Positions 39,303-53,000 of a stretch of 64,000 nt of DNA are shown piece by piece (the stretch's first letter is position 1; each line of letters opens with the position of its first letter). Position numbers and translations under genes: made by a program. Origin of the DNA: Lingula anatina (lineage: Eukaryota; Animalia; Brachiopoda); contig CM120646.1 of NCBI GenBank assembly GCA_051362555.1, positions 13,516,001-13,580,000 of the forward strand, given 5' to 3'. The notes under the pieces were generated by a model. That model made no database searches. It was not told where the DNA came from and saw only the letters and a program-made list of their open reading frames with translations.

Positions 39303-39668
39303 ATTCTGACTCAGAAAATTCCGAATGTTCAGTTTCAAAGACTTTTGCACAGACTCTATCATGTGCATCGGTGCTTCTTCGACGGTTGCTATTTCGTCTG
39401 TGTCTCACCAAAGCAAATATGATCAATTTGTCAGATGCGCTGCCTCACATGAAAAGGAAGAACCCAGTCTGAGTCTTATAGAACCCGGGTTGTTTTGGAT
39501 TGGTTTGCAAGATATTAGAAGAACATTATTCAACCTATAAATCTGCTGCAGCTGCTTGGCTGCGCGACGGGTAATGCAGGGGGGGATCAATGCTAGAATT
39601 GATAGAACTGCTAAATTGTGCGTCGAGTCCCCCATGACAGAAAGTCCGCTTCCCATTTATTTGTACAG
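39303..39668 (+). pseudogene. Possible degenerate C-type lectin domain exon
   Basis: Across frameshifts: KTFAQ...C, LFWIGLQD, WLRDG, LCV, (L)PFICT, ending at a donor AG|GTAAGC. Confidence 0.4.
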
Positions 39669-40431
39669 GTAAGCCTCACTTTAGATTTTAACCCACTGCG
39701 GTCAACCCTAAATGTTATAACTCGATGGAGGGCGGACATTCTTTTACACGGACCCTCAGTTCCGTTACAGCTCTAGTTTATATTCTGCGTCACAGCAACT
39801 TTATAAGCAATCCTATAGTCCACAGACAATGAGAGTAATACGCAACCAGTTTTTCTTTTGTTTGTTTTTTACATTATTATTTCCTAGCACATGATGTACA
39901 AGTATATACATATAATGAGCAAATAAATTCTTTTTTACATCGAGTGAAATCATTCACTGATGATTAACAATTGTTTTTAGCCTTTTAAACAGAATTTTCC
40001 TAAAACATTTAAAACAACATATTAACCAACTTTATATTATAGATGAGTCTTTATAAAATTCTGATCACCTTTCAGCAGACCACCATAGCCATCCCTGATT
40101 AATACATTAATGAATTCATAATCTTTTAAGTATTGAGTAATGAAACACCTCACTTTAAAGTCATCCAATTAGTTAAGGCAAAGTTTACAATAAACTGCTT
40201 TAATCGCTGCAACGCCAATTAAAACTTGATTTTACAATTGGCTTTTTATCAATGGCAAATTAAATAAAGAAAATTGTAAAATTAATGCCAATTATGTAAA
40301 TAAAAAACAGGAAATGATTGAAGGAAGGAAAGTATAAATGCATGATTTTGCTTTCGATCATCTAAATCATTGGCTTACACAGACAAAATTGAAAGATAGC
40401 TGGAAATGCATTATCATTTCACGTTATGGCA

Positions 40432-43400
40432 TCACATGACTGTACAACCATCTTGAGCACCAGGCATCTTGGGATTTCCCTGTGCATCAAACTCTAAACC
40501 AGGTGGCTGAAATTAAAATGGGAAAGACTTTAAAATTTTGGCAATAACAGGTAGTCATCAAAGCCATACTTTTAAAACTTAGGCTTCGTTCACATGCAAT
40601 GTCTATTTTCTAAATTCTATTTTCTATTCGCGCTATCTTATGATCACGGTCTGTGCACTGAATATCCCGCCGCGTAATTACTGACAGCGCGAGCCAGTTA
40701 CTTATAGTAACTTATAGTAACTGGCTCGGGCTGCCAGTAATTACGCCGCGGGATATTCAGTGCACAGACCGTGATCATAAGACATACCACGAATAGAAAA
40801 TAGAATTTAGAAAATAGACATTGCATGTGAACGAAGCCTTAATTTTCTGTGAGAATTAAAAAATAACAAGCTGATTCTGAAGTCATTTATTGGTAACAAA
40901 AATGGAGGGGTGCATAAGGAGTTTCCTTGCCATGTTTGCTCTATTTACAAAAATAATAAATTTACTGTCTTACCATCTCTCCAACCAAATCTGATGGGGG
41001 TTGACCACACTCTTGCATCTGGAAGAAACAGTAATAATTTTTTTTAAGTTTTTTTTTTTTTCATCTAATCCTATATAAAGGAAAAAAATGTACTTTTGTT
41101 AAACAGATGGATATTTTTTTGCTAAATCAGAAATACAAATACAAAGATACTAATACAAAGATAAACCAGTCAAAATAAATAAATAAAATGATATTAAATT
41201 TAAATAAATTTTCAGAACAGTTTCATTAGCTATGTTATTGTAATAGACTTGTGAAGATTCTTTTGTCTATAGCTATTTATATTAGTTTGATCTTACCATC
41301 CAACATTTCATCTGCTTTCAGTCAGATTTCATCAGCCTCTACCTACCACTCCTAAGGGAGGGGGAGGCAAGACCCCCCCGTCTGACCAAATAGCACACCA
41401 GAGGGGGTGACAGGTTGTCATACCTGTCACAACCTCATTCCCTGATGAAATCTGACTGCAAGCAGATGAAATATTGGATGGTAAGATCAAACTAATATAA
41501 TTTTCACATTTTCCTGAGCCACACAAAAATACAGCTTTTGCATAACAGTTGTCTAAAATTTATCATGGAAACCTGGCTCTGGCTGAACAAATGTTTCTAT
41601 TCTTTGAGGCTAATTTGAAAGCATGGCCAAACCTTTTGCATAAGTTCTATGATTTTTTCGAATCTCTGTCGTTTGACCTCAGGACTGTCTTCCTTCTTCT
41701 CCTCCTCAAAGTGACCACATATCCTGGTCATTAGCTCATTTTGTCTCTCATACTGGTCATACTGTGATTTCTCTAACGTGTCCTTGTGTTCTTCCAGCCA
41801 CTGTGGATACTGAGGAAAAGTAAAGAGAAACTGGTTGGATTATGGTAATTACTCAATCTTTTCAATGGGGGAAATTGAAAAATTTACAGTTGGTGTACTT
41901 TTCAAGTCGCAATTTCTTAAAATTAGAACATTCCTATTTAGTATTAGCAACAAAATTAAAAAGCAGGCTACTCTATAGTTCTTTTCTATGGAGTAAAAGC
42001 ACCACAAAAGTTATTAAGAAATATCATTTTGCAATTATAAAATTATCCATCTACAAGTTTGATAAGTTTTGTCCACTGAAAAGACAGAGTCACTACCAAA
42101 TCTCAGATAGCCCAAAATAAAGCTGCATGAGGTCATACAACACTAGAAAACATGCAGGAATCCACATAAGGTGGGGCTAACATTTAAACAACAAATGTAT
42201 GTAATTCTTTCTGACCACACTCTTCTCAAATTCCCGCTTGATCTCAAATCTCACTTGACACTTAGTGGGTTCATTCCCATAGTGGAATTCACATTACAAT
42301 GCACCAAAATGACTGCATTGTATGCAATGCACATACGAGTACAATGCTCGTACCTTATCAGATATTTCTTTTAATGATGGATATAAAACTTCTTTAGATA
42401 ACAAGCTTTGCATCATCCCCTGCATCATAGGCAGGAAATCTAGGTTGCCTTCTTCGATATCCTGCATACTCATGTGTGACAAGGCCCCTAATAGATCCTC
42501 CTCTGGAAAGTGATCCTGAAATAACAGAATGGCAATGAAAAATCAAAAAAATTACTACCCCTACCATTATTATTATTTATTATCACTAGTAATGCATTTA
42601 TTATTATTATTATTATTATTATGTTCATGAACATCCAACTGCAGTCAACCTAAAAGTAGTTGTACTGTAGTAGTTCCTGTAGTGGTAGAAGTAGTATAAA
42701 ATTCTGTAAGTATATCATATTTAAAGGGATCCACAAGAAATAAACCAAAAAATAAAAAATCATAGCACAAGTAAATGGAAAAGAAAACAAAACATTGTCC
42801 AACTATAAAATTTTAGACTGTGCAGCAGTAACCTGTAATTCCTGTGTATTCTGGGCTAGGCTCCCTAATGTTTCAGCTAGAGTTTGCTCAAATTCTTGTT
42901 GTTTTTCTTGGCCATCACCTTTATTTTCAAAAAGAAAAATAAAACAAATGAAGTTCAATTATTTTATTCACTTATTATCATTATCGTTATTAATTCCAGA
43001 AGCAAGCTCTTGTTGTATCGGAATGAAAATATAACTGGCACAGTATACAAATATTCCTACATAACAAGTAACTAATCCAGTTATATCTGCATAAATGACA
43101 GATGGTAATACAAAGCATGGCGTAAAAACCCTCAAAAAGCCGACAACAGAGAATCACTTTAGGGATTAGTCTTGTTTACTTGTCAGTGATAAGTATTTAC
43201 CTGCTTTCTCAGCAGCATGTGCTAGTTTGTGCATCTGTTCTACTAATTCTGGATCGTCTCCTAATAAATTTTTCATGGCATCATCAAACTGTTTAGATGC
43301 TTGTTCAGCAAACTCACTGGCAAACACTTCATTCATCATGGCTTCCTCTGACAATGCTGCTGCTGCAGCAGCTCCATCTGGGGGCTATAAAGAAAATCTA

Positions 43401-44202
43401 TATGTGACACCATAAATGTTGTAAGAATACTGTACTATATAATGATGTCTACAAAGTAAATTTACTTCAAAGACAGGTGCTTTTCCTTGATATGTGGTAG
43501 ATGAATGATTTATTGTGAATTGTTTCCACTATCAATTATTGAGTTTGATCAAAAAGGTTTCAACAATTCATACATTTAAAATATGGCCATTCTCAATTTG
43601 AGATAATAAGCTGGAAAAATTACTCATCAAAACTGCATGGGATTATATTATCCTATGTACAAACTTAGCTCAGCAACCTAAATTATTCCACACATCACTG
43701 ACCTTGTCTCTGTGATCTGTGGATGGTTTAGATTTACTTCCCTGTGAAGATACAGCCTGAGAGGCCTTCTCAAAGTCTTTCAGTGCACCTTTCAAATGAT
43801 AGTCAGACATTAGTAATACATAGCACACTATTACCACATACTTTGTGCATGGTGCCTGAAAATACTGAACTAGTCAGGAGAAAATTATACTCAAATCATC
43901 TTCTATCTTCAGTCACATCATTTGTCTTTTAAACAGAAAAACGTGCGCTATCCCAAATCAAATCTTGCAACTTTTTAAAGGGGGGGGGGGGGGGGGTCAC
44001 AATCTGAAGACAAGGTAAAACAACACACAGTCGCCGATGACAGAGCGATTTACGGTGATATAAACGCTGTTATCTTACTGTCTAAGAGGTCATCAAGCTC
44101 CGGGTCGTCTGCATGCTCGGTCAGATCTGTCTTATCGTCTTTAGCAGAGGTATTTCCTAAAATTTCGTCTGCATTAGAAGATTCTTCATCTTTGGACTCC
44201 AT
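40432..44202 (-). CDS. PEX19: Peroxisomal biogenesis factor 19
   Basis: Exons 44202-44079, 43788-43703, 43384-43201, 42918-42833, 42515-42354, 41809-41633, 41018-40974 and 40506-40432; DDPELDDLLDSALKDF PEX3-binding helix, MMQSLLSKEVLYPSLKEI, YPQWL, GQPP and C-terminal CaaX CTVM. Confidence 0.96.
40582..40838. mobile_element. Palindromic Harbinger-type MITE in the last PEX19 intron
   Basis: TIRs GGCTTCGTTCACATGCAATG..., TTA TSD, nearly full-length hairpin. Confidence 0.88.
41281..41496. mobile_element. MITE with TIRs of about 55 bp in PEX19 intron 6
   Basis: ATTAGTTTGATCTTACCATCCAACATTTCATCTGC...GCAGATGAAATATTGGATGGTAAGATCAAACTAAT. Confidence 0.75.
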
Positions 44203-44720
44203 GTTGTTTCTAGAAACACGTTGTAGGGGGCGCTAACATTTCTCAACTCCGGCAAAGCGGACTTACGTAGCGCCCTCTATGTCAAAAATGTCACCTTTAC
44301 CTTGAATGTTGGCCTTATTTGTTGACCTGAGCTCAGGCAAAATTTTCATTGGCCAATATTGAGTTTAGTCATGAACTAGACACATGCTTCCGGTAAATTG
44401 TCCGAAGGAATTTGATACAAGAATCAGTATTACTGCAAAAATATCTGCCTATCGTGAAAACTAAGGGAACTGAAGGACGGAAAACACGTCAAGGGCAAAT
44501 CAGCCTTACGTAAAGGCAAGGTTGTATGACTTTGAACTGAATATCCGCATAATTAAGCCGTCCAACGATGACAGCTTCAGATTAAAAGTAGTCAGGAGAA
44601 TTCCTTCGTCTTTTGGTTATAGAAAAAAGAAATATGTCAGGTCATCCTGTACGGCGTTATTAAAGTAGTCCAGGCCTGATCGGATATCCAAACGGAGAAA
44701 ATACCAAGTCGTCGCTAAAA
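44203..44720. promoter_or_regulatory. Bidirectional promoter region shared by PEX19 and LRRC58
   Basis: 518 bp between divergent ATGs; palindromic ATTGGCCAAT (CCAAT on both strands) at 44348-44357, CTTCCGG ETS-like site at about 44387, and an inverted pair of TAG(G/A)GGGCGCTA motifs. Confidence 0.7.
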
Positions 44721-46855
44721 ATGGAGACTTTGGACTCTGAAACGTCAGACGATCTGTCTTACTGTGATTTAGACAGTTTCCCGGAGGTGCTCTTAGAAAG
44801 GTCCAAAGAAATCCAAAGCTTGCAGCTGAGCCACAACCAGATTACCATTCTACCTCGAAGTATTGGTGCTTTTGTTAACCTCATCGCCTTAGATCTCAGC
44901 AACAACGGTTTATCCTACATCAGTGATGAAATTATACATTTAAAACAATTGAAAACATTGATTGCACGCAATAATACGTTGGACCAGGCAGCCTTGCCGA
45001 AAGAATTTGCAGTATTAAATAATTTAGAGGTAGTGAATTTTAGTGGGAATAATTTTTCACAGTTTCCCCTACAACTGACTCAGATGCCAAGTCTTCGGAG
45101 GGTCTACCTTGGAAGTAACCGTTTACAGTCTGTGCCAAATGATATCAAATTTATGATAGGGTAAGATCTCTGATCGTGTGATTTAACCCATACATGGACA
45201 TATATGTCATTTGAGACACATTGAAATAAACCTGTTGACATGTTCAGGCCTGAAGACAGCCTTTTCAACAGAGGGGGAGGGTCTTTTTCTGAAAATTTAA
45301 AATGGACGGTTTTATAGCAAAACGTACATGTATGTGTGAATTACTTAATTCTTTTTCTGTATCGCCTTGTATTTACCCTTATCTAGTTAATAGTAATTTT
45401 GATTAAAGAGGAGTATGTGTAACATTTGCCTAAATTTAAGGTATCACCTAAATCACGTGCAACAAGACATACCAGTAAAGCCTTAAGCTGAGGTCACTAA
45501 AAGGTGTTTACTGTACAAATAAAAACAGGTCAGGTCATTTAAGGATAGCCTGTACTAGTACTAATAAATGTCAGCTTGGTGACCTTTATCAGCTGTACTT
45601 TGAGATCTGCTTGGGCCCTTCAAGTATTGGAATTATAACGATACAAACAAAAATACTTTCTTATTAATAAATGATACTGGTATATCTGCTGATTAACTAC
45701 TATTAATATATTTATTTACAATTTTACATTATTTTGAGTATGTTAGTTTCTTGTGATAGTCAGTAAGATTGAATTTGGAATTTCCCATTTACCTCATTGT
45801 GCCCGATTTCTGCCTGACCAAAAACAGGGACGTAATATCAATTTATTTTTCAGATTAGAAATACTGTACCTAGGGGGCAACAATTTGACAGAAATCCCAG
45901 CAGAAATTGGCCACCTGTCACAGCTGACCGCGCTGAACCTGTGCGACAACAAACTTCAGAGCCTGCCCCCAACACTTATGAACCTCCAGAAGCTGCAATC
46001 ACTCAGCCTTCACAACAACAGCATTTGTGTGCTTCCACAAGAAATTGTGGCCCTGGACTTGGTTGAACTCAGCTTGAGAAATAACCCTCTGGTGGCAAGA
46101 TTTGTACAAGATTTGGTGTACAAGCCGCCATCTTTGTTGGAGCTTGCTGGGAGGGTGTTGAAGACCAAGGCTGTGCAGTATGAAGAGAGCGAAGTTCCCA
46201 GAAATCTAGTGGATTACCTTGCGTCGGCCCAGAGTTGTGTTAATCCAAGATGTAAAGGTGAGATTAACAAAACTAGTAGTACTCCTAAACCTCGATGGTG
46301 GACGATCATTAATTTTGCTATTAATCAAGCCCAGTAACCATTTATTGGGTGTATAAGGAGTATAATTTTTTTTTTTTTTAATATGTCATTGATTTGACAA
46401 AAGTGGCTTTTGAGCAAAGAATGTAGTAAAAATTCTGCTTCTGGTGATTAGTTGTTTTTATAATTGTAGGTTGTGGTTCTTTTTAGAACCAAAATTTTTT
46501 GCACATGATCTCTTTGCAGGGGACAAAATAGCAATAAAATTTGATCCAACCTTATATCATTTGAGGATGCTTTTCTTTTTATTTCTTTACAAATTACTGT
46601 CATGTACTAAAATCACATTTATAAACAGCCCATGTTTAATTTCTTTCAACTCTATTTTTAGGTGTTTACTTCACCTCCAGGTGGGAGCACGTGAAATTTG
46701 TCGACTTCTGTGGGAAGTATCGTGTGCCCCTGCTACAGTACCTCTGTGCCCCTAACTGCACCCCTGCCAGCCCCCTAGTGAGCCTCTCAAGCAGTGACTC
46801 CGAGCCAGAGGATGACATCCCCGTAGTAAAGATGAAGAAAGTGTTGCTGGGTTAA
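44721..46855 (+). CDS. LRRC58: Leucine-rich repeat-containing protein 58
   Basis: Exons 44721-45160, 45854-46257 and 46662-46855; LRRs, then PPSLLELAGR (BC-box-like), CVNPRCKGVYF, VKFVDFCGKYRVPLLQYLC and C-terminal KVLLG*. Confidence 0.95.
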
Positions 46856-48768
46856 AATGCAGGACAATACAAAATGGTGCATCCAAGATTGGATATATAC
46901 ATTTATGTTTTTTTTTGTTTACTAAAAGACTAAGTGTATTCTGCTGTATTGAAATATTGCTCACAAGACTGCAAGTATTGCTATAAACAAATGCTATCCT
47001 ATATGATGGCTTATTGCTAAGTTATATTTGTATAATCGCACAAAAATTAAACAAGTCATAAATTTTTATAATGATTTCTTTTTGTTAATGGGTGTAAATT
47101 ACAGGATTACCTCTAAATTTTGAACATGGAGGTCATTTGGACCTCTCCTGAAAGAACATGGGGTCATTCAAAATGTGAGACAGTGTATCAGAAAAACAGG
47201 TGGATTTTTTTTGTGAATTTTTCATGACAGTGTGTCAGCCTCATAGTTGTACTGTGAAAGTACTGTAACAGTCCATGGACAGTGTGTCAACTTCATGACA
47301 GCGTGTCAAGCTCATAGTTGTATCGTAAGAGTTCATGGACAAACTGTAGGCTGATCAAAATGTTTTAAATCTAGAGAAGAAGGCCAGTATTCCACTGTGA
47401 GATATCTAGTCACAGATTGGTAAATCTAGTCGCAGACAAGGAAGGGTGATGATAGCTGAACACTTTGAACTGGGCTAGAGTGGATATTGAATTGTATCAC
47501 TTTCAGTTCTTGTTGACTGTGCTTCCAGTAAAATATTGTTAAGTTGGGAAGCTAATTGAGCTTTTCAGTTCAGTTTCACTGAACTTTATTTTAGAAATGA
47601 AGTTCTTCCTTGCCATATCTAATTTGACACATTGCCAGAAAATTGAAACAGAATATTTCTCTTTATCACTGTTTATTTCTCTTTATCACTGTTGGAGCGA
47701 CAGTGTTACTAACATGACTGTCCAGTTAGGCTTATATTGCTGCCTGCAGTACTCCATTTAAACCACTGTATTTTTACTGATAATTATGATCATATATATT
47801 TTTGACATATGTAACAAATAGATAAATAACCTAAGGTGAATAAAATTATTTATCATATATTTTGTGTCCGCGGTCATAAATCCAAACCATGCAATTTTAT
47901 ACTCACCGAAGGTTGTTTTTTCATTAATGGATCCTAGCCTTAATTATTAAAAAGAAAAATTTTGGTTTGGTTAAAGAGTCACTGTCGGCACATGGATTTC
48001 CCTATAAGTGTTGTACATGTACTAGGATGTTTGGTGACAGCATATATACATCTGTAATACTTAGATTTATAAACACGTTCAAGTATATTAAAGCTCACAC
48101 ATCGAGATGACGCTGTCTTTACATGTATATGTCCAATAGAAAATCAGCCCGACTTAATTTTTTTTAAAGTAATTTTTTTTTGTTAGTTTTTCACTTTTTA
48201 TAAACTAACATTTTTAAGAAGTGAACCTGGAGAAGTACTTAATTGTCACTGCTTCTGTCAGTTTTGAGATTTAATTTGGCCTTGCATGTCTGTTCATTTG
48301 ACCTAGCTTTGCTAATATTGCTGTTATGTTTTAAACTGCTTGGTGTTTGTATAAATTATTTACCAGTTTTGCTGTTCGTTTTTCATCAACAAATTACTCT
48401 GAATTCACCATTGTTGTACAATGAAATTGGCAAAAGGGTAAATTAGATTGGTTGAGCAATTATTTTGGGATTAAGTCATTCTGGTATTATCATAGTAGTC
48501 AACAACAGCTAATGTACAAACTTACTCTTGATGTAGAATGTCACTCTTTTTCATTCACACTTAAGCAGGCCTTTCTTAAATGCCTCTCTTGGCCAATCCA
48601 TAATCAAAATTTCCCCTCTTAAAAGAACTGCATGAAAATAACTTGCTTAAAAACAAAATCATGTTTATTCTTCAAATCTGTATTAATTTCCCCAAATACA
48701 AGGAAAAGTAATGTATAATAATTTAATGGTACAAAACATTCACTACCAAATATTGTAAACTATTTTCA

Positions 48769-48801
<33 letters not shown>

Positions 48802-50031
48802 TACAAATTAGAATTTGAATGAAAAATAAGTGTAATTACTCAATGATTTTCAGTTAATATTTCTCTTGAGGTTTATAACTTACACATACTTTTTACTGTC
48901 ATTATCAAAGGGGGAAGGCTACATTTAGCATTAATTACAGAGTTAAATCACCAACAAAGCCTTTCAAATCACCAGTCTGCTATATCAACAAAGGAAAATA
49001 TTCAAAACACTGTTTGTTAGAAGCTTGGTTTTTGTCTATAAAGGTGCTCCTTCTCATGCTGCAATTGTCTCTGTACATTTTCCATCTACCGCATGTGTGA
49101 AGTCAAGCATACGCTGCTTTACAACAAATAGTATTTCATATCACATCACATATTTTCACAAGACACCAAAAAAGCACTACTATTTCAATGTATTTTTGAG
49201 ATACCGAGCTGACGCTTGGTCACACAGTACATGAGCAAATGAAACAGGAAAGCCATTTTTGTGCTCCATCTTTATATGCTGGTGATGCATTACTAATTTA
49301 CTATCATTTGAAAAGTAGCCAATCACATTCAACATTAGTTCACAGCACTGCATCTGAATATTGGACAAATGAAACCTGCAATCAGATTAGCTATATATAT
49401 TATTTGGCGAGGCACTGAGAATCCAACTAGTCCAACAAAACCAGTGCATGTACACTTGGGTATTCCACTCAAGATATATTTGTTATTTTTAATGAAAGGT
49501 TTACATGTTATGTACAGTGCACTTACGTAATTTCATGGATTTTAAAAGTAAAAAATTGGACCTAGAGCCCACGATTCTGGGGTAACCTGTAGTGACACAT
49601 CAAGTTTAAAACATAATTTACAATTTTGATTTCTTGCAACAACTTCTGTGCACTGAAATTCCTTTAGTTTTATGCTGAAGTACAATGCGTAATCCATGTT
49701 TTTTTATGTAACTAAATACTTGGATAATATTACACTGCATTATGTAGCTGTATATTAGTGCTTCAAAAACAGTCTATTACTGACAAGCATATCATATAAG
49801 AGCACATGGTATACCTATAAACCAACTTTTAGTTCCACCTGATACCCAGAGCTATATCATAAAAGCCTATTGCTTAACTCCAGCAATCTCATGATCCTAG
49901 TATATCGGATAGGATATAGAGAGTACAAATTTCCTATAAGGAATACAATTCAATTGGTTGAACTGATAATCTACGCCAGCTGTCATTAAAATGATTGAAT
50001 TTCTCTCCTCATCCTCAGCACTGTATCCAGT

Positions 50032-53000
50032 CTACCTCCACTGCTGCTGTGGGTATGGATATCCTCCTTGCTGTGGTGGATACTGGGGTGGATACTGTGG
50101 CGCCCCCTGTTGGGGGTATGGTGGTGCCCCCTGTTGGGGGTAAGCTGGTGCCCCCTGCTGGGGGTACTGTGGGGCACCTTGTTGTGGGTATTGTTGTGGG
50201 TAACCCCCTTGTTGTTGATGACCCATGTAAGGGTTATATGGGTTGTATCCACCAGGCATTGGCATTGGGGTGTATTGTGGGTATGGTGATGGTTGGCTGT
50301 AGGGGGCAGCACCATATGCTGGACCTGAAGTAGAGAAGCAAATCAGTCAGGAATTTATCATTCAAGGCATCATATATTGGGCATAATAAGCAAGTCTATA
50401 AACAACAGAATTAGTCTAGACAGAAAGCTTTTTTTCATTCATAACTTATGCTAAGAGTACTGTACACAAATGAAACAAATAAAAATTCAAATCAGTCAAG
50501 TGAATAAATAAAACTGGGAAAACATCTTTTAAACATTAAATAGAGCAAAGAACACAAGGTAAACGAGAAATACCAACTTACAACAGTTTTCAAATGAAAT
50601 GCAAGCCAAATTATAAATAGGAAACAAAATAAAATTACCCTGACTACCAGGTTGAGAGGGGTAAGGTAACTGAGAGGGGGGGCCAGAAGAGGGTGCTTGA
50701 GATGGTGCACTGGCACCACTCGTTGGTGGCCCCTGAGGTGGTGCACTATAACTGCTACTAGGTGGAGCCTGAGTTGGGGCTGAAATAAAGGCACAACTAA
50801 GTTCAATTTGCAAGAATAAATACACTGAAAACTTATTTAAAAGAAGCTAACAGAAACAGAAGAAAGCAACAGCACACCTCCTGAGACCTAACACATTTCT
50901 CTCCCATGTAAAACTGAAACTGGGTGATACTGAAAGAATAGATTAAAGGCATAATAACTCTTTGTATGAGACCTATATTTCACAATAAAAACCTTGTGAA
51001 TAACTAATAGAAATATAATATATTCTGTTTTACCACAAAAACAGCAGTTATAGCTTTTATTCTGATATTTGAACTTGTCTTTAGACCACGCGACCTCCAT
51101 TGATGTCTATACGTTGTTAAAATCTCTTAAGAGATTTTAACAAAAAACCAAACTTTTTAGAAAAAAATCAGGGACTAACTTTGAATGTAAAAATGGATTC
51201 ATTAACCATTGGTAAGTATGGGAAAATTGTTGTTTACTCCAGGAAAATTCATTTTTTGGCCGAAACGAAGAGTTATTATTGCTTTAATGTAAGAAACAAC
51301 CTCTTTATTTATATCTCTGACACAGATTCCAGCTAGGTTACTTCAACACAAAAACAAGATTTTAATTGAAATAGATAATTAATTTGAATAGGTAATATTA
51401 ATTTCCCAATGAATCTCTCTCTCTCTCTCTCTCTGACTCACCACTAGGTGGTGCCTGTGCTGTAGCTGGCAAGGTTGGAGGGGGTGGCCTGGCAGGCGGA
51501 GCTCGTGCTGCAACAATGAATCAGTCACTTAATCAAGACCCGTTTTCAAAAATCATGTAGATCATCATTTCATTCAACAGAATTAAATCATCATATCTTA
51601 ACATTAAAAAAACATTTAAGGACATTTTATGACAATGATAGTGTATGGGAAAGCATAGAAGCACATGTGTATCCATGCACAAGTTCATACAGCTGCACAC
51701 GTTCACATCCACAAATATCACATGTAAAAGGCACACACACATGCGCACACACGTTTACCAACTACTGACTCCAGCACTACCTGTATGTACGTGGGAGCAT
51801 GTGCACGTCCCCATGTGTGTGCTACTTACGCTGCTGGTAACTAGGTGCAGCAGGTGTCGGCGCCGTCTTCTGATTGGCTATGCTGGACTGTAGGTCTTTC
51901 ATCATGTCCTCTTTTTCCGTCTTCCGTGCAAAGCAGAAGTCTGTCACTTTGTTTTGGAATTTCACCAGCAGCTGGGTAAGGTCATTGTAGAACTAGAAAA
52001 AAATAATTATTATTTTAAAAAAAATTTGATAAAACATAACAGAAGAAAGTCGACTTGTATTAATTTAACTCATACTAGTGTTGCTTGCTGAACATCATTA
52101 AGATATAGTAAATTTTCTGTACTGTGTTTATACAGTAAGTGCCTCTGCCATTATGCCTCTGCCATCTGCAGACACTAATTAAAATTAAATGTTGTTTGAG
52201 AATGCCTGACTATAAATCAATAACAAAATTAAAGGCAACATTTAAACTGAATACACACACAAAGTTTAGAGCTATAAATTTGCAATCATTTCCTTAAAAC
52301 CTTTCTTGCATTGCTGTAATCATTACTTGTTTATTTATGTTTACCTAGTAAATATGATTTAATTAATAGTGTATAGAAAGTTTGGTACGTTTACTATAGG
52401 ATGAAATGTCAAAGGCTTTAAAAATAAATATTCTATTTAACCTTTGTGCCTTCCTCCAGGTTGCCTTTCAGTTCTCGGAATGCATCATAACCAGACTGGA
52501 GCTCCTTCAAGATCTTCTCCCTTTCCGCTGCACTCTGGTTGGAGTCCCTCTGGCGGCAGAAGTCCATGTTCACTCTCTGGAATAAGGTGTAAAACACAAA
52601 TAACTACAGTAATAACAGCAAACAAATATACTGCAAAATTCAGCAGTGAATTACATGCACATGATAGAAATTTAACAGTAAGAGGGTAATAAGACATAAA
52701 TTTTATTAAATAAATAAACATATATGAAATCCCCTTCCCTAATCTCTCCTGAAAAAGATGCCTTTGGCATATACATTGCATTGTCATTATTAACAAATAA
52801 ATAACTAAAAGATGTATCACAAAAAGCATCTCACCTCCACATTTATCATGATGGACTCCTGTCTCTCGCAGCTTTCCTGAACTTGCTGTTGTAGAGGACC
52901 ATATATGCGGTCTAATTCTGCCGCAGACAGGCTCTCCTCGTTAATAGCACCATCTTGGGCTAAGGCAGCCATAAACTTTGAAGCTGGAAACATCATCAAA

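Noticed and set aside
41441-41456. TGATGA...CTGA as an intronic C/D box snoRNA
   Set aside because: The boxes are only a few nucleotides apart and belong to a MITE terminal inverted repeat.
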